Counted from the stretch's first letter, positions 17,750-30,494 are shown. The stretch is 38,682 nt of DNA from Halobacteriota archaeon (GCA_051749005.1 JBNJIC010000001.1:1-38682); one strand, 5' to 3'. Made by a program: numbers and translations. The notes: generated from the letters alone by a model not told the origin.

Positions 17750-19468
17750 TTATTTTGCCGGGATGATGAGTGATCTCTCACCAGCTGGCTCGAACTCTCT
17801 GAGAGCTCCTCTTCCGAACTCTTTCCTTGGTGCGGTAAAGTCGAATGGAAGCATGTCATCTGCGAAGCAGATCTTGAGCAGTGGGTTGACTGTCCATGCA
17901 TCTCCACGTCCAGCGTGTGCTGCTGATGCAATAGCTGCGTATCCACCCTGGTGACCTACGTTCATTGCGTAGTTTGGATAGTTTGGACCACGGAGCTCAT
18001 GTGGCAGACCTTCGTCGGACTGGAAGGAGAATACGTTTGTAGCACCACACTGGTCCTGCAGATCGAAACCGAAGAATCCAAGACGTCCAAGTGCTTCCTT
18101 GTGGAGGTACATACAAAGGTACCATGCGGAAAGACCTGCGTTTGCGTTTCCGGTTGCGAGTGATGCTGCACTACCTGCTGCTGCGGAGAGTACGGTTGCT
18201 CTCTGGGATCCACCGAAGTGGTCTTCGAGTGCTGTTGGGTACTTCTCGTAGTTCTCGATACCGTAGATTGTGGACTCTGTTGCGATGTCCTTGACAACGT
18301 CCATTGTTGCATTGACCTTGTTGTCTGTACCCTTGTTTGCTGCACCGTCATACTTGTCGTTGATGTAGTCAACGTTGTAGTACAGGTTGTCATCAAGGAT
18401 GTTGTTGGTGTATGCAGCGGTTGCGTACTGTGTGAAACCGACACCACCAGACATGTAGGAACCAAGCCAGATCTGGTCGTAGAGCATACATCCTGCACCG
18501 ACTACCTCAAGGGTAACGTGTGCTGGGTCTTCTGCGTCTACACGGCTTGTCTGGATGATATCTGCCATGTGACCAAAGGATAATCCACCTGGTTCGTTTG
18601 GACCACGTGCACGTCTTGCTGGGAGCATATCACCCATGGAGATCACACCAGCGTGTTTTGCTGCATATGAAAGGTCAGCTACTGCTGCTTCACCGGCACA
18701 CATGTTGTATGCTGCGATGAAGGACATTCCGACCTGCATTGCCATCCACCTTGTGGTCTGTGCACCATCTGTTGTTCTGCTTACAGTGGTTGGGATGTGT
18801 GCAGCCTGCCAGGATGTCTTTCCGATGGTTGCTTTGAGTGCTTCTGCCTGCTCTTCTGGGAACTGCTTGTTGATATCGATGAGGAACTGGTCGTCGATCT
18901 CATCTGCAAGTTCGTCGTCACCTGTGAAGATCTTTACGTAACAGTCATCTACAAGAGCTGGGTGTGTCTCGACCATGTGCTCCTGAACAACTGCTCCACC
19001 AGGGAGTGCGTGGTTGAGCACTTCAAGATAGTGGTTGATTGTTTCTGGTGTGACTTCCATACCGAGACGCTTCTCGAGTGTCTCGTGAGCCATGTCCATA
19101 CCGACGATACAGGTTCTTCTGATGTCATCCCACATCTGCTGCATTGCAGCGTTGTTGACGTAGTGGAGGTCATCGGATTCGACCATGATGTCAGTACCGG
19201 AAATGAAGGAAGGGGTAAGTGCTCTCTGACCGAGTGGGATACCACCACAGTGCATCATTGGGTTGTAACCAACGAGGCCTCTTGCGGCCGCCATTTCCTG
19301 ACCTGCTTTCTTCATCTCAAGCTTTCTTGGGTTCTGATCTACACCAAGGCGGTAGTATGTCACTTTCTTGTCAGTGATCTCTCCGCCTTCCATCTTGTTG
19401 GTTCCGTGTTCTTTTGTGAATTTGATTTCCAATTCTTTCTGGAACATTTTCTTTCTATCATCTGCCAT
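17750..19468 (-). CDS. mcrA: Methyl-coenzyme M reductase alpha subunit
   Basis: [78 protein letters not shown] before ATG 19468. Confidence 0.99.
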   Translation of the reverse strand: MADDRKKMFQKELEIKFTKEHGTNKMEGGEITDKKVTYYRLGVDQNPRKLEMKKAGQEMAAARGLVGYNPMMHCGGIPLGQRALTPSFISGTDIMVESDDLHYVNNAAMQQMWDDIRRTCIVGMDMAHETLEKRLGMEVTPETINHYLEVLNHALPGGAVVQEHMVETHPALVDDCYVKIFTGDDELADEIDDQFLIDINKQFPEEQAEALKATIGKTSWQAAHIPTTVSRTTDGAQTTRWMAMQVGMSFIAAYNMCAGEAAVADLSYAAKHAGVISMGDMLPARRARGPNEPGGLSFGHMADIIQTSRVDAEDPAHVTLEVVGAGCMLYDQIWLGSYMSGGVGFTQYATAAYTNNILDDNLYYNVDYINDKYDGAANKGTDNKVNATMDVVKDIATESTIYGIENYEKYPTALEDHFGGSQRATVLSAAAGSAASLATGNANAGLSAWYLCMYLHKEALGRLGFFGFDLQDQCGATNVFSFQSDEGLPHELRGPNYPNYAMNVGHQGGYAAIASAAHAGRGDAWTVNPLLKICFADDMLPFDFTAPRKEFGRGALREFEPAGERSLIIPAK

Positions 19469-19482
19469 TATTGTCACCTCGC

Positions 19483-20229
19483 TTATTCTGGCTTGAATCC
19501 ATATGCGGTTCTCTTCTCAAACACTGTGTGGACCCATTCGATGACCTCTGCGTCATCTCTGAATGCAACATTGTCTACACGGTAGATTGTGGTTCTCTTG
19601 GCAGCCTCTTCCTCGGACATTGGCTTTCCGAAGTCGACCTTCTTGTCTATTGGCCTTCCTACCTGGTCCTTGTGCATAATGACTACGCCATTCTCAAGGC
19701 GGCATCTGTCAAGCATGTCGAACATGATTCCATCTTCTGGGAGACGGAGTGAGTGGCCGTGGACAGTTGCGCCACGAAGGCTTGCAAGTGCCGGACAGGT
19801 CATTTCTGTCTCGATCTGGAACTTTGCAACTTCTTCCATGTCTCTCTCACGAGCCTCTACGACCTGACGGCCTGAAAGTGTACCTGGGTCGACACCTCTG
19901 TGATTGATTGCTGCTGCGTAGGACCTGAAGTATGGTGTTGCTGGTGCGTTGTACATTGAGTCAACGAACTGGACGTACCTTACCCTGTCACCGGCTTTTG
20001 CGCCTGGGGTTGGTTCGACGATTTCTCTGATTGAACATTCTGGTTCACCCATCTCTGCGAGTGGTGGGTGTGTGCTTGGGTAGTCACTACCCGGTGCACG
20101 GTGTCCGAGTACTAATGTAAGGTCGTCGTCAGAGATTTCCCTAAGCTTTTCGACGTCACCGGACATGTGCTTTCTTCTGTTTTCTGCAACGGATGTTGCA
20201 CCTGGATAATATTGTGCTTCGTATGCCAT
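19483..20229 (-). CDS. mcrG: Methyl-coenzyme M reductase gamma subunit
   Basis: [47 protein letters not shown]. Confidence 0.98.
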   Translation of the reverse strand: MAYEAQYYPGATSVAENRRKHMSGDVEKLREISDDDLTLVLGHRAPGSDYPSTHPPLAEMGEPECSIREIVEPTPGAKAGDRVRYVQFVDSMYNAPATPYFRSYAAAINHRGVDPGTLSGRQVVEARERDMEEVAKFQIETEMTCPALASLRGATVHGHSLRLPEDGIMFDMLDRCRLENGVVIMHKDQVGRPIDKKVDFGKPMSEEEAAKRTTIYRVDNVAFRDDAEVIEWVHTVFEKRTAYGFKPE

Positions 20230-20241
20230 ATTATACACTCC

Positions 20242-20844
20242 TTAGTTATCAATAGATCTCATTGTGTTCTTTACGGATTTCACGAGTTCGTTCAGTTTGT
20301 CTCTTGAACATGATTCTCCTCTTGTGACTCCTGACACAATATCCATAACTTTTCCTTTTGTCAGGATTTCGTTATTTCTAGGCATCACAAGTTTGGTCTT
20401 AATTCCTCCTTTGGCAAAATCCTCAAAGTCGACATTTGTCTGACAGACGATTATTGCCGGAACATTTGCATCTTCTAGAATTGCTCTTACTTTTTTCACC
20501 ACATGGTCTCGTATATTTCCTGTATGAATAACAGCCAGTTTATGTCTTGATATCTGTTCAATTTCTTCAGGTGTTATTCCGAATGCACCGGATCTCATTG
20601 GTGTATCGGGTATGCCTGATCCTGAGTTCAGTACCAGTACACTGACCTGTATATTCTCCCTGCGCATACCGTATGTGAGTTCACATATCGGCTTTGTGAT
20701 GTGTCGTCTGCCGGGACTCATTGCAACTGTGATAACATCCGGGCGCCCTGTCTCTGAAAGAGTCCCGCGCTGCGCAAGCCCTCCGCCGCGGCCAAGCCCC
20801 ATTCCATGTCTACAGTCTACAACCTGTGTTTCTCGGTCAAACAT
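20242..20844 (-). CDS. mcrC: Methyl-coenzyme M reductase operon protein C
   Basis: VVDCR..MGLGRGGGLAQRGT, MSPGRRHITKPIC; position in mcrBDCGA. Confidence 0.96.
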   Translation of the reverse strand: MFDRETQVVDCRHGMGLGRGGGLAQRGTLSETGRPDVITVAMSPGRRHITKPICELTYGMRRENIQVSVLVLNSGSGIPDTPMRSGAFGITPEEIEQISRHKLAVIHTGNIRDHVVKKVRAILEDANVPAIIVCQTNVDFEDFAKGGIKTKLVMPRNNEILTKGKVMDIVSGVTRGESCSRDKLNELVKSVKNTMRSIDN

Positions 20845-20850
20845 TTAACA

Positions 20851-21339
20851 TCATTCCGCTGGATTTAAGGTACAGATACGATTTCCCACTTTGCCTTTTG
20901 GATCTGCCAGTCCGAGGACTGTAGGATCTGCTCCAGGACCACGTTTTGCATAGTCGGAGACGGTCTGCTTGGTTGGCAAAAAGAGTCCTTCCCGAAATTC
21001 AAATCTAATAGGAAGTATTCGCTCACACACTTCCCTGATCTTATCTCTTGTTTCTGAGTTTAGGACCTCAAGCCTTATGCGGCCAACCATGACAGTCAGT
21101 GTGATTTCCGTTTCTCCGATACGGATCGTTTCATTGAATTTATGTTGGACATCTTCTCCGGTTGCCGGTCCGTATGGAACGGTTGCCGGGAGTCTTGGAC
21201 CCTGTATTAAGGCCCTTCTAATGCCATCCATATTACTCAACTCAACGAGTAGTTCCTGTGCAGTTTTTGGGCTTAGGAACCGTTGTGGAAATATTTCGAT
21301 TTGTATGAGGTTCTCTGTGTTTGATGCAGAATCGACCAT
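20851..21339 (-). CDS. mcrD: Methyl-coenzyme M reductase operon protein D
   Basis: QIEIFPQRFL, GPRLP..VPYGPATG, TVSDYAK; position in operon. Confidence 0.96.
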   Translation of the reverse strand: MVDSASNTENLIQIEIFPQRFLSPKTAQELLVELSNMDGIRRALIQGPRLPATVPYGPATGEDVQHKFNETIRIGETEITLTVMVGRIRLEVLNSETRDKIREVCERILPIRFEFREGLFLPTKQTVSDYAKRGPGADPTVLGLADPKGKVGNRICTLNPAE

Positions 21340-21375
21340 TATTGATTACCTTCAAGATCTTTTAGAGCTCTTGTT

Positions 21376-22680
21376 TTAGAGTGCTCCTGCAACTGCCTTA
21401 ATTGGCTCTCTGAATTCTTCGATTGAACCGAATACGTTTCCGACAAGTCCTGATGTTTTCTCGATGGAGAACATCTGTGTGCCTGCGTCAAGTGCCACTG
21501 CTGCGGATACACAAGGAATTGCAAATCCTCTGGAGTGTCTTGTTACGACGTGGTTACCATTGAAGATACCTGGTCCACCGCCACCATAGATTGAGTGGCT
21601 GAAGAAGGAGAATCCTACTGCAGTACCCTGTGCTCTTCCCATGTCACAACCTGGAAGACCTGTTTCCTTCTCGAGGATATCGTTGAAGTACAGGATGGTT
21701 GATGATACGTTCTGTGCTGCCCTGCCTGCACCAACGTTTACGAGTGTTGCTGCGAGCTGACCTGCTGCTGCACATGCGTTCCACATGGAAACGTCATTTG
21801 CTTTGTAGAAGTTGTATCCGGATGGTGCTTTGTGGTCAACTTCGATGACACCTAGGTCGAGTGCTTTCTCGACAACTGTCTCGACAACTGAACCGACTGT
21901 ACCGTCCTTGCCGTTCTCTTTGACCATTTCGTATACAAGGTTGTTACCGTTTAGACCCTGGTATGCGAAACCAAGTAACTGGTGTCTCTCGAATGAACCT
22001 ACTGCGTTACCCATCTCGTACATACCTGTCTGCTCATAGATGGATGACAGTGCTGCTGCGTTAAGTGCTTTTCTGCCTGTGATAGCTGCAACGTGGTTGG
22101 TCATGATGTTCCTCAGGGAGAAACCAAGACCTTCATTCTGCTGTGGGATGCTGAGAATTGATGCAATGTTACCGCCTTTCATGTCCATTGTCTGTGGGTA
22201 GCTACCCCAGACTGCTCCCTTTACAAGAGGTGCGTCGAACATGTCGGTGTTGAACATGTCAATGATGGTTTCTACTACTGCTGCACCAGTGACTGTGCTT
22301 CCGGAAACGAAATCTGCACCTGCATCTGTCCTTGCGGTTGGGACCTGTACAAGTAACTGTTTTCCGCCGCCGATAACTTTGACGTTGGTGTCGTCGTCAT
22401 CGCTGACCTTTACAAGCTTTGTAACAGATTCTGCGATAGCGTCTGCGTTTCCTACAATATCATACTCAAGTCCACGGCCAAGGATCTGGCGCCCTGCACC
22501 ACCGAACTTGCCGGTTGCGAGACCTTTCTCGATACCTGCAAGGTTGATAGCAACAGTTCTCTTTGTGTCTTTGATGATCTTTCCGATTGCTGCATTTGTT
22601 GTTGGGGCGAGTGACATTACATCTACGTCGCTTTCCAACAGTGTACCTCTGTCGTCATATATGTCTATTTTGTCAGACAC
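21376..22680 (-). CDS. mcrB: Methyl-coenzyme M reductase beta subunit
   Basis: [53 protein letters not shown] start with AGGAGG RBS. Confidence 0.99.
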   Translation of the reverse strand: MSDKIDIYDDRGTLLESDVDVMSLAPTTNAAIGKIIKDTKRTVAINLAGIEKGLATGKFGGAGRQILGRGLEYDIVGNADAIAESVTKLVKVSDDDDTNVKVIGGGKQLLVQVPTARTDAGADFVSGSTVTGAAVVETIIDMFNTDMFDAPLVKGAVWGSYPQTMDMKGGNIASILSIPQQNEGLGFSLRNIMTNHVAAITGRKALNAAALSSIYEQTGMYEMGNAVGSFERHQLLGFAYQGLNGNNLVYEMVKENGKDGTVGSVVETVVEKALDLGVIEVDHKAPSGYNFYKANDVSMWNACAAAGQLAATLVNVGAGRAAQNVSSTILYFNDILEKETGLPGCDMGRAQGTAVGFSFFSHSIYGGGGPGIFNGNHVVTRHSRGFAIPCVSAAVALDAGTQMFSIEKTSGLVGNVFGSIEEFREPIKAVAGAL

Positions 22681-22949
22681 GTATATTTCCTCCTAATTTA
22701 ATTCCAGAAATCCCTATGGGAAACACAAATTTGAGCGATGCACAGCAGTTTCCTACTGTTGCCGGGTTGTGTTTAACATTATCCCCAATTGGTCATTCTT
22801 CTAATTGATTCAAATTTGGAACGTCGTTTTTAGGTTTAAAGCTTTTGCATTTCATAAGGGCTTATCACGTATTGTCATTATTATTCATTAATATCTTTTG
22901 CTCTTATTGCTTTTATTCCGAAATATTAACTCAAATTGTCATACAAAGT

Positions 22950-22995
22950 GCATACTTCTAAACAAATTAGTAAGAATAATCTTATTAAATCTATC
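22950..22995 (-). promoter_or_regulatory. Candidate mcr operon promoter (TTTAATAA box), implying a leader of roughly 275 nt
   Basis: Minus-strand ATTTAATAAG (22990-22981) with an ATGC initiator-like motif near 22953. The region is AT-rich, so other boxes are possible. Confidence 0.4.
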
Positions 22996-23098
22996 TTTAT
23001 TAATTAATTTTGGGGGGGATAATAATCAATGTTTGCCTCTCCCGTTTTTTATACCACAAAGGTTTAGTAGTACGTACATAGTCGTATCCACGATCTAT

Positions 23099-24331
23099 AT
23101 GGAAATAGTCGCTGATGTCGGAGGGAACCCGGGAGTTGATTGCCGTGGGTTCTGCAAGTATTGCTATTTTAAAAAAGTAAAGGATGTCCCTGCTTTTGGC
23201 TGCAAACATTGTTTCCCTTTTTCAAAGGGATGTGATTACTGCACCAGGGGTGTCAAAGAGCTATACTCCGGCTTCAAACCTGCCCAGTATGTGATGGGTG
23301 AAGTATCACAGTCCATTCATTTTGGTTCAGAGGACGTTGAAAAGTTCACTATAAGTGGTGGCGGTGATATCAGTTGTTATCCTGAACTCAGGGAACTGGT
23401 CTCTTTCTTATCCCGGTTTGGAAAACCAATACATCTTGGATATACCAGTGGCAAGGGCTTTACCTCTGAAGATGATGCTGTCTTTTTCATAGACAATGGT
23501 GTTACCGAAGTTTCATTCACCGTATTTGCAACGGACCCTGAAGTTCGCGGGGAATTCATGAACGATCCGGAACCGGAAGCCTCTCTTGCAGTGCTCAGGG
23601 ATTTCTGTGCTCACTGTGAGGTTTATGGTGCCATCGTTGTTATTCCAGGTATCAATGACGGCGATATCCTTGAAAAGACACTTTCAGACCTTGAGGATAT
23701 GGGAGCTGCAGGTGCGATACTGATGCGCTTTGCAAATTCAAGGGAAGAAGGTCTGATCCTCGAGAATGCACCCATTATGGAAGGTATAGAATCCCATACG
23801 GTGGATGAATTCGCCCGGATCGTAAGCAATGCAGCTTCGTCTCACAGTATCAGGATTACCGGTACCCCCCTGGAAGACCCTCTAATAGGATCACCTTTTG
23901 CCATAAGGCTGCATGATGACCTTCTCTCAAATTTGCCTGAGGTTACAAAGGAGGCTACAATTATCACAAGCCGGGTTGCAGAAAGCAGGCTTTCTGAGAT
24001 ATTTGGTAAACTCGGGGGAACTGTTAATGTAATTGGATTGAATAAGGATATTGGATGCCTTATTGCCATTGATGATTTTCGTGATCTGGATCTCTCAAAT
24101 GTGAAAGAGACTGTTATCATTCCCGGTCGTGCTTTTGTCCACGATCCTGAAGTAAAAGGAGTGCTTTCAGCCGATGGTGTGGATCGGGTCGTAAGACGTG
24201 GTCCGGACATACTGACAGTTGATGGCGAGATGTCGATAGGAATGAGCGAAGAAGCTGTCCTTGAACTTGAAACGGAGAATTTCACAGAGCTCATTCAGCA
24301 TATAAATGCTATAGGTATGCCTGTTCAGTAA
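23099..24331 (+). CDS. mmp10: Methanogenesis marker protein 10, MCR Arg C5-methyltransferase (B12-dependent radical SAM)
   Basis: [19 protein letters not shown] radical SAM motif, additional CKHC..GCDYC, C-terminal DUF512-like region; divergent from mcrB. Start placed at ATG 23099. Confidence 0.95.
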   Translation: MEIVADVGGNPGVDCRGFCKYCYFKKVKDVPAFGCKHCFPFSKGCDYCTRGVKELYSGFKPAQYVMGEVSQSIHFGSEDVEKFTISGGGDISCYPELRELVSFLSRFGKPIHLGYTSGKGFTSEDDAVFFIDNGVTEVSFTVFATDPEVRGEFMNDPEPEASLAVLRDFCAHCEVYGAIVVIPGINDGDILEKTLSDLEDMGAAGAILMRFANSREEGLILENAPIMEGIESHTVDEFARIVSNAASSHSIRITGTPLEDPLIGSPFAIRLHDDLLSNLPEVTKEATIITSRVAESRLSEIFGKLGGTVNVIGLNKDIGCLIAIDDFRDLDLSNVKETVIIPGRAFVHDPEVKGVLSADGVDRVVRRGPDILTVDGEMSIGMSEEAVLELETENFTELIQHINAIGMPVQ

Positions 24332-24450
24332 AACTTTGCAGGTTTACTTCTTTTGTGCATATTTCATTTATTGCATTATCTTGCATTGTAATTTTGTCCG
24401 ATTTTGTTAATGGATCGAGTGTGCAAAGTTATAGCTTTTGATGCAATATA

Positions 24451-27400
24451 TTACATGAAGTCTGAGAGTCCCATCTGTTTGGACCTGTCATTTTCAAAAA
24501 GTGACTTCATGTCGTAACCTATCAGCTCTATGCGCTGTTTTGTGTAACTTGATACATTGTACTCTTCTGCTACTTTCATTGAGACCTCAAGATACTTTTT
24601 AACTGCTCCCTCATGTACTGTAAGGATCACCCTGCCGCCGCATTTAGGGCAACTTCCTGTAAGTGGAGGCCTCCGATATTTTGCACCGCATTTGACACAT
24701 CTGGTTCCCTGTCTTGAGAATGCCCTGAGATTTCCGAACATATCCGGAAGGAAATGGGAGATAAGGACCCTTTCCGCTACATCGGAGGCATCAACAGCAC
24801 GTATCTTTTTACCAAGCTCAAGTTGTGCATCCATTTTCTCTACCATGCTTCCGAGTGTTTTGTAAGCACTTTTTAGCGGACCTGCAGCGATATTGGATGT
24901 ATCATGGGTGAACATGAACTTCTCATACTGCAATGTCGTTCCAAGTCTGTTGCTGATAAGATCAAAAGTATCTTCAAACTCTTTCGGGTTTGTGATCTCC
25001 TGAGTGGCTTCATAGAATTCAAGTGGATAAGACTCGCATACGTCTATATTGTGTGCTTCCTTGTCGACCTCGCTGGGATCGAGCCGGGTGGTAAGCACAA
25101 GAGGGGCATCCATCTTCCCACCTCTTTTGTCCGGCAGGTACTCATGGGAGAAATTGAGCAGCCCGTCCATAAGAAGCATAACACAGTCCTCATCTCCGTC
25201 ACAGTTACGTCTTTTTGCGGCATGGAAGAAAGGATGGGCGTATCCTACGGCAGCAGTTGTAAATCCTATCAGTCTTCCGAGGACTCCTGCTGATGTATGA
25301 GGTGCCAGTCCCATCAGTAGAATGCCTACTATGTCTTCCTTGGTCTTTGCATTATAATATGGATCTACCTTGTAGTATTTGACCAGAAGGTCATCGATGT
25401 ATTGTGTCGTCCTAAGGAGATAATCAGCACAATCATATGAAACTACAAGATCCTGTACCTTAAGGCAGAGTATCTGGTCAGGGCTGTTAAGTGGCTCTCC
25501 GTAGATGTCCTCTTCATAGCCAAGCTCCCTGAACTTCTCACAGCTGACGCCTAGTTCTGAAGGCCTGATGTGTGTGAGCGGTATGTCGGACATATCATAA
25601 CGGACTGTTCCGTCCTTGAAAGTAAAGAGATCATGTTTGGCCCTGAGGATGCCTTTTTCGAGTGGTTCGGGTGTCATGTCCTTTGACATCATCCTTTTTA
25701 CTCCCTTGAAGGAGTCGAGTGTATCTCTCTCTCCCAATCTTTCGAAAGCTTTCTGGTATATGCTCTTGAAATTGATCTTTTTCATGCTGGTACAGGTCGT
25801 CTTTGTACCGCACTTGGGGCATTCCTCTTTGTTCACAGATATGCCGCATCTCGGACAGAAAAGCTTGGGGACTGTATATTCGCCACAGTCACACCTGTAC
25901 TCAAAAGTTTCCACCCCGCATGCAGGGCAGACCCGGTTTCCGATCTCAACAGTTATTTCTCCAACCTTTGCATTTGTTGATGCTTTGAAACTGGCGGCAT
26001 TATCGAGTTTTCGAGTATTTCCTCCAGCTTCAGCGATCGGGAACAGGACATGAGGTGCAGGTGACATTTTTCTTTTATCGGATTTTTCCGGTCTTCCCAT
26101 TCTTGCTCCAATACGCGTCGGTGCTCTTGAACGGACCTCAAATTCCGTGATCATGTTTATATTATCAAGCACTTCTTCATTTTCAAGGAATTCCCATTTC
26201 TTCCTGAGTTCGTCATCAAGTCCAAGACTATATATTAGTGGTAGTGGCTCCTCGATCAGGATCATTCCATTTGAAATCCTGTGAAGTACAAGCATTATTT
26301 CAAGTGTTCTTTTAATACCTTTTGATAAGGCCTTATCGTAAGGTAGCTCCAGAACTCTTCTGTCGTTTTTCAAAGTTCCGTGGACTGATACGAAGTCCGC
26401 AAGTTTTCCAAACTGTTCGTTGTCGATATCGTGCCATAGGTATGTGAACTTCGGGTGGAGTGGGATCCTGTACTTTTTGCAGATCTCGATCGCCGTGTTC
26501 TGGGAAGGTTCCTTTAGTGAATCTTCTACAACCGATCCGTCTCCTCCGGCTTTCCTGTATTCCTGTATCCACCACTCAAAACAGTAAGGTGACGGTGCAA
26601 GTGGGTGGTTGTTCTCTAGAAAATCCCCGTAATTGATAAGTATTTCACCGATATCAATGATCTCTTCTATTTCCGGCCTTAGTCTGTATGCCTCTTCTAT
26701 AATGTCGATCCTTACAACATCCCCTGATCTGAGCTTTACGGTAGGGCCTTCAATGGAATCCACAGGTGCCATTCCTGCAGCTTTTCCCGGCCTCTCCACT
26801 TTTAGCTGGGTCCCGGGTGCGATGAAATCGTCCATTACGATCATTCCGGCAGGATTTATCCCTGATGCTGCAAATGATGTATTACGTGATCTGCCGTAGC
26901 GTAAACGGAAACCTCCGGGTCTGGATGGGTGAGAGAAAACGGGCCTTCCAGCTATCAGGTCACGCATATATTTATCCTTTGGCTTGATCTTTGGTTTTTC
27001 TTCCTTTTCCTCTTCACCGCCATTTTCAGATGATCCTTTTGCACCGGATATCAATTCATCGAGCCATTCCCAGCCATCGATATTCAGTTTTTTTACATGC
27101 TTCTGGATTTTTGGAGCCTTCAATGCAAGACCTTCAGCAAGCACCAGTGCCATTCCACCGCGTACTCTGTTAGTTTCTATCCTCTCAAGGTTGCGGTGAC
27201 CTTCAACCTCTTCTGCTTCTGTAGGCTCACCATCTATGCAGATAGGGCAATTTTCCACGATCAGACGGATCTCTTCTTCGGACGGGGTGTACTGGAGACT
27301 TGCCACTCTCTTATAGAGCATGATTTCTTCGATGTAACGCTCAACTTCTTCTTTTCGGGGTTTGTATCTGTCTATACCTATTCCCCTGCGTACATAGTCT

Positions 27401-27888
27401 CCTACCAGGACAGATAGTGCCTGTGCAGTGCCTCCTGCGCTTCTTATGGGTCCGGCATAGAATATGCTGACATATTCTGTTCCGTCATCATTCTTCCCGA
27501 CATCTGCGCGGTCTATTCCCTCTATAGGGGCAGCAACGACACCTTCTGTCAGCATGGCAACGGAAACCCGGATTGCGGCTTCAATGGCTTCTGATTTTGA
27601 ATCGAATTCACCTACTTTTCCCTGGGCAACCTCTCTTCCAAGGGCCAACGCAGCTTCTTCTCTGGATCTGGTTTCTTCCAGTTTGCGGATCAGCTCTGCT
27701 ACATCTTTTACACCAATCAGGTTTTCTACCCTGTCAGCGAGGTCCTTTGCGAGTGGAATCTCAACATTTGGTTTTGGGTCCTTCCCATTCAAGCGTGCAG
27801 TGTTTACTATCTCTATCTCTTTTTCCAATGTATCTTCAAGTGTTTTGAAGTACTCCTGCACCTCTTTGCTTGCTACAATTTCTGCCAT
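24451..27888 (-). CDS. polC: DNA polymerase D large subunit DP2, intein-free
   Basis: [50 protein letters not shown], catalytic [14 protein letters not shown]-terminal zinc finger. Confidence 0.98.
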   Translation of the reverse strand: MAEIVASKEVQEYFKTLEDTLEKEIEIVNTARLNGKDPKPNVEIPLAKDLADRVENLIGVKDVAELIRKLEETRSREEAALALGREVAQGKVGEFDSKSEAIEAAIRVSVAMLTEGVVAAPIEGIDRADVGKNDDGTEYVSIFYAGPIRSAGGTAQALSVLVGDYVRRGIGIDRYKPRKEEVERYIEEIMLYKRVASLQYTPSEEEIRLIVENCPICIDGEPTEAEEVEGHRNLERIETNRVRGGMALVLAEGLALKAPKIQKHVKKLNIDGWEWLDELISGAKGSSENGGEEEKEEKPKIKPKDKYMRDLIAGRPVFSHPSRPGGFRLRYGRSRNTSFAASGINPAGMIVMDDFIAPGTQLKVERPGKAAGMAPVDSIEGPTVKLRSGDVVRIDIIEEAYRLRPEIEEIIDIGEILINYGDFLENNHPLAPSPYCFEWWIQEYRKAGGDGSVVEDSLKEPSQNTAIEICKKYRIPLHPKFTYLWHDIDNEQFGKLADFVSVHGTLKNDRRVLELPYDKALSKGIKRTLEIMLVLHRISNGMILIEEPLPLIYSLGLDDELRKKWEFLENEEVLDNINMITEFEVRSRAPTRIGARMGRPEKSDKRKMSPAPHVLFPIAEAGGNTRKLDNAASFKASTNAKVGEITVEIGNRVCPACGVETFEYRCDCGEYTVPKLFCPRCGISVNKEECPKCGTKTTCTSMKKINFKSIYQKAFERLGERDTLDSFKGVKRMMSKDMTPEPLEKGILRAKHDLFTFKDGTVRYDMSDIPLTHIRPSELGVSCEKFRELGYEEDIYGEPLNSPDQILCLKVQDLVVSYDCADYLLRTTQYIDDLLVKYYKVDPYYNAKTKEDIVGILLMGLAPHTSAGVLGRLIGFTTAAVGYAHPFFHAAKRRNCDGDEDCVMLLMDGLLNFSHEYLPDKRGGKMDAPLVLTTRLDPSEVDKEAHNIDVCESYPLEFYEATQEITNPKEFEDTFDLISNRLGTTLQYEKFMFTHDTSNIAAGPLKSAYKTLGSMVEKMDAQLELGKKIRAVDASDVAERVLISHFLPDMFGNLRAFSRQGTRCVKCGAKYRRPPLTGSCPKCGGRVILTVHEGAVKKYLEVSMKVAEEYNVSSYTKQRIELIGYDMKSLFENDRSKQMGLSDFM

Positions 27889-27997
27889 GTTGGGCTAATC
27901 TCCCTGATTGAGTTGGATATGGCTTTTGAAATTATATAGGTATTGATGATCTTTATTAAAAGTTCCTTTACATTTTTATAACCTGAATATTATATCT

Positions 27998-28489
27998 ATG
28001 CTTGTATCTGAAGGAGGATTTTTATTGAAAAAGACAATTCTAACTCTGTTGATTATCACATCTTTGTTCTCTGTACCCGCATCTGCAGATCTTTTCAGTG
28101 AACTTGATCTTGTAGTTAATGAATACAACACGAATGCGGACAGTGCACCAGGTACCATTAAAGCTCTTCTTGGCAATGAAAATATTATTGCAGAAATAAG
28201 TATGGATGATGAAAGTTCAGTTGCCTTAAAAATAGTCACTGATGACATGGTCGTTACCGGTTTCAGTACCATTGATAGAGATGATCCGGATTTCACACCT
28301 TCCCTCATGATATATAGTGATGAGGGCACTATCAGGGAACTTCTTGTTTCCGAAGACCTTGTGAATGATTTTCTTGATGCTTATGATAGTGGTGCCATTG
28401 ATATTGAAGCGGTAGGAATTATCGACAAAGTTACACTCTCTGCCGGCAAGATTATGCTGAAATTGTCTCAGTTGTTAGGTTTGATCTAA
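27998..28489 (+). CDS. Hypothetical exported acidic protein
   Basis: Signal peptide KKTILTLLIITSLFSVPASA followed by an acidic domain. True start may be the TTG near 28025 after GGAGG. Confidence 0.7.
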   Translation: MLVSEGGFLLKKTILTLLIITSLFSVPASADLFSELDLVVNEYNTNADSAPGTIKALLGNENIIAEISMDDESSVALKIVTDDMVVTGFSTIDRDDPDFTPSLMIYSDEGTIRELLVSEDLVNDFLDAYDSGAIDIEAVGIIDKVTLSAGKIMLKLSQLLGLI

Positions 28490-28661
28490 TTTGATCTGAT
28501 GATATTTTTATTTGTGGGGCATCAAAGCCCATGCACCCTTTTTCAGGGTATATGTCCGACTTTCTTTTGTATATTTTTTGTTTTATGTTTATATATTCAG
28601 ACTACATTTGGGGGCACTTATAGTTTATTTCAAGGAAGATATATTAATTTTCAAAGGGTCA

Positions 28662-28712
28662 TTTATATATTCTTACCAGAAAGTACATAAAAGGAGATGT
28701 TTAATTATGTAC
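28662..28712 (+). promoter_or_regulatory. pycBA promoter TATA box with downstream 8-14-8 inverted repeat
   Basis: TTTATATA (28662-69); GTACATAA (28683-90)-N14-TTATGTAC (28705-12). Confidence 0.5.
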
Positions 28713-28778
28713 AATTTAGGCTTATTATGAATGAAACCCCGGATCGTATCTAAACAGATCTAACTATGAGGTAAAATT

Positions 28779-30494
28779 ATGTCAGTAAAAATCACGGAAA
28801 CAATTCTTCGAGACGCACACCAGTCTCTTCTTGCGACCCGTATGCGAACCCGTAACATGTTGCCGATCATTGAAAAACTGGATGAGGTCGGCTATTACTC
28901 TCTTGAGATGTGGGGGGGTGCTACATTTGATACATGTATCAGGTACTTGAACGAGGATCCGTGGGAGCGCCTGAGGGAGCTCAAAAAACATATGAAAAAC
29001 ACGCCTGCACAGATGTTACTTCGTGGTCAGAATCTTGTGGGATATCGTCACTATTCGGATGATGTTGTTGAAAAGTTTGTAACAAAGGCACACGAGAACG
29101 GTATTGATATATTCAGAATATTCGATGCTGTCAATGATGTAAGAAACATGGAGAAGGCAATAACCACTGCAAGGGAAGTTGGAGCTCATGTGCAGGGTAC
29201 AATTAGCTATACCATCAGCCCTGTTCACACCGTGGAAAAATATGTTGATTTTGCAAAAGAGCTTGCAGAGCTTGATTGTGATTCGATCTGTATCAAGGAC
29301 ATGGCAGGACTTCTTGCACCTCACGAAGCATACGAGCTCATAAGTTCTCTTAAGAAAGAGGTGGGTCTTCCTGTTGCACTTCACTGCCATTGCACATCAG
29401 GTATGGCACCTATGAGCTACATGGCGGCCTGTGATGCAGGTATTGATATTCTTGATACCGCATTATCTCCGCTTGCGGGTGGAACTTCCCAGCCCCCAAC
29501 AGAATCAGTCGTTGCAGCTCTTGCTAGGACTAAATATGATACAGGTCTGGATCTGGAACTTCTGACTGAATCAGCAAGGTACTTCAAAGAACTCAAGGAA
29601 GATTACAGGGGTATACTTGACCCTATATCCGAGCAGGTCGATACGAATGTCCTGCTTTACCAGATTCCCGGAGGTATGCTTTCAAATCTTGTTTCACAGC
29701 TTAAGGAGCAGAATGCACTTGACAAGTACGATGCTGTTCTGAAAGAGATGCCAAAGGTACGTGAGGAACTCGGATATCCTCCACTTGTCACACCCACCAG
29801 CCAGATAGTTGGTACCCAGGCAGTGCTGAACGTTCTCATGGGTGAACGTTACAAGGTAATTCCGAAAGAGGTAAAGGATTATGTACGTGGTCTCTACGGA
29901 AGATCACCTGCACCTATCAGCCCGGAAATGATTGTAAAGGTCATCGGTGATGAAAAGCCTATTACATGCCGCCCGGCTGATCTCCTGGAACCAGAGTATG
30001 ACAGGCTTAAAAAAGAGGCAGAAGAGCAGGGTCTTGTAAAGAAGGAAGAAGATATCCTTACTTACATACTGTATCCGTCCATTGCACCAAAGTTCCTGCT
30101 TGGTGAGGCAGAAGAAGAGGAGATTCTCCCTGTGACTGTTGCCCAGTCTGCTCTGAAGGCCCATGTGGACATACCAACCGATTACCGTGTTGAGATAGAT
30201 GGTGAGGTCTTTGATGTCAAGGTAGAACCGACCGGTGGTTCTGTACAGGTGGTCGAGAGCTCAAAGACTGAGGTTGAGTGTGAAGGAGCAGTCACAAGCC
30301 ACATGCAGGGTATGGTGCTTTCCATCAATGTCAATGTTGGCGATACTGTTAATGAAGGAGACAAGATATGTGTCATCGAAGCCATGAAGATGGAGAATGC
30401 TATCCATGCTCCGTTCAGTGGTGTCGTAAAAGAGATATTCGTTTCTGAAGGTGATGCTGTCACAACAGATGAAGTTCTCATGGCTATCAACTAA
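28779..30494 (+). CDS. pycB: Pyruvate carboxylase subunit B (carboxyltransferase plus biotin carrier)
   Basis: [54 protein letters not shown], biotinyl motif EAMKME. Confidence 0.96.
   Translation: MSVKITETILRDAHQSLLATRMRTRNMLPIIEKLDEVGYYSLEMWGGATFDTCIRYLNEDPWERLRELKKHMKNTPAQMLLRGQNLVGYRHYSDDVVEKFVTKAHENGIDIFRIFDAVNDVRNMEKAITTAREVGAHVQGTISYTISPVHTVEKYVDFAKELAELDCDSICIKDMAGLLAPHEAYELISSLKKEVGLPVALHCHCTSGMAPMSYMAACDAGIDILDTALSPLAGGTSQPPTESVVAALARTKYDTGLDLELLTESARYFKELKEDYRGILDPISEQVDTNVLLYQIPGGMLSNLVSQLKEQNALDKYDAVLKEMPKVREELGYPPLVTPTSQIVGTQAVLNVLMGERYKVIPKEVKDYVRGLYGRSPAPISPEMIVKVIGDEKPITCRPADLLEPEYDRLKKEAEEQGLVKKEEDILTYILYPSIAPKFLLGEAEEEEILPVTVAQSALKAHVDIPTDYRVEIDGEVFDVKVEPTGGSVQVVESSKTEVECEGAVTSHMQGMVLSINVNVGDTVNEGDKICVIEAMKMENAIHAPFSGVVKEIFVSEGDAVTTDEVLMAIN

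Noticed and set aside
18797-19585. 262-aa antisense ORF and other long shadow ORFs over the mcr genes
   Set aside because: Expected by-product of strong codon bias in highly expressed genes; no recognisable motifs.
17750-22680. Divergent alkyl-CoM reductase
   Set aside because: Canonical active-site motifs, mcrBDCGA order and adjacent mmp10 indicate an ordinary methanogenic MCR.
22898-23098. 67-aa N-terminal extension of Mmp10
   Set aside because: AT-rich promoter-like sequence; the family-like sequence begins at MEIVADVGG (23099).
24451-27888. Intein in DP2 (and likewise in MCM)
   Set aside because: The usual insertion sites ([10 protein letters not shown]; MCM Walker A region) are contiguous and the protein lengths are normal.
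28499-28730. Short ORFs upstream of pycB
   Set aside because: They overlap T-rich terminator and promoter sequence, with biased composition and no motifs.
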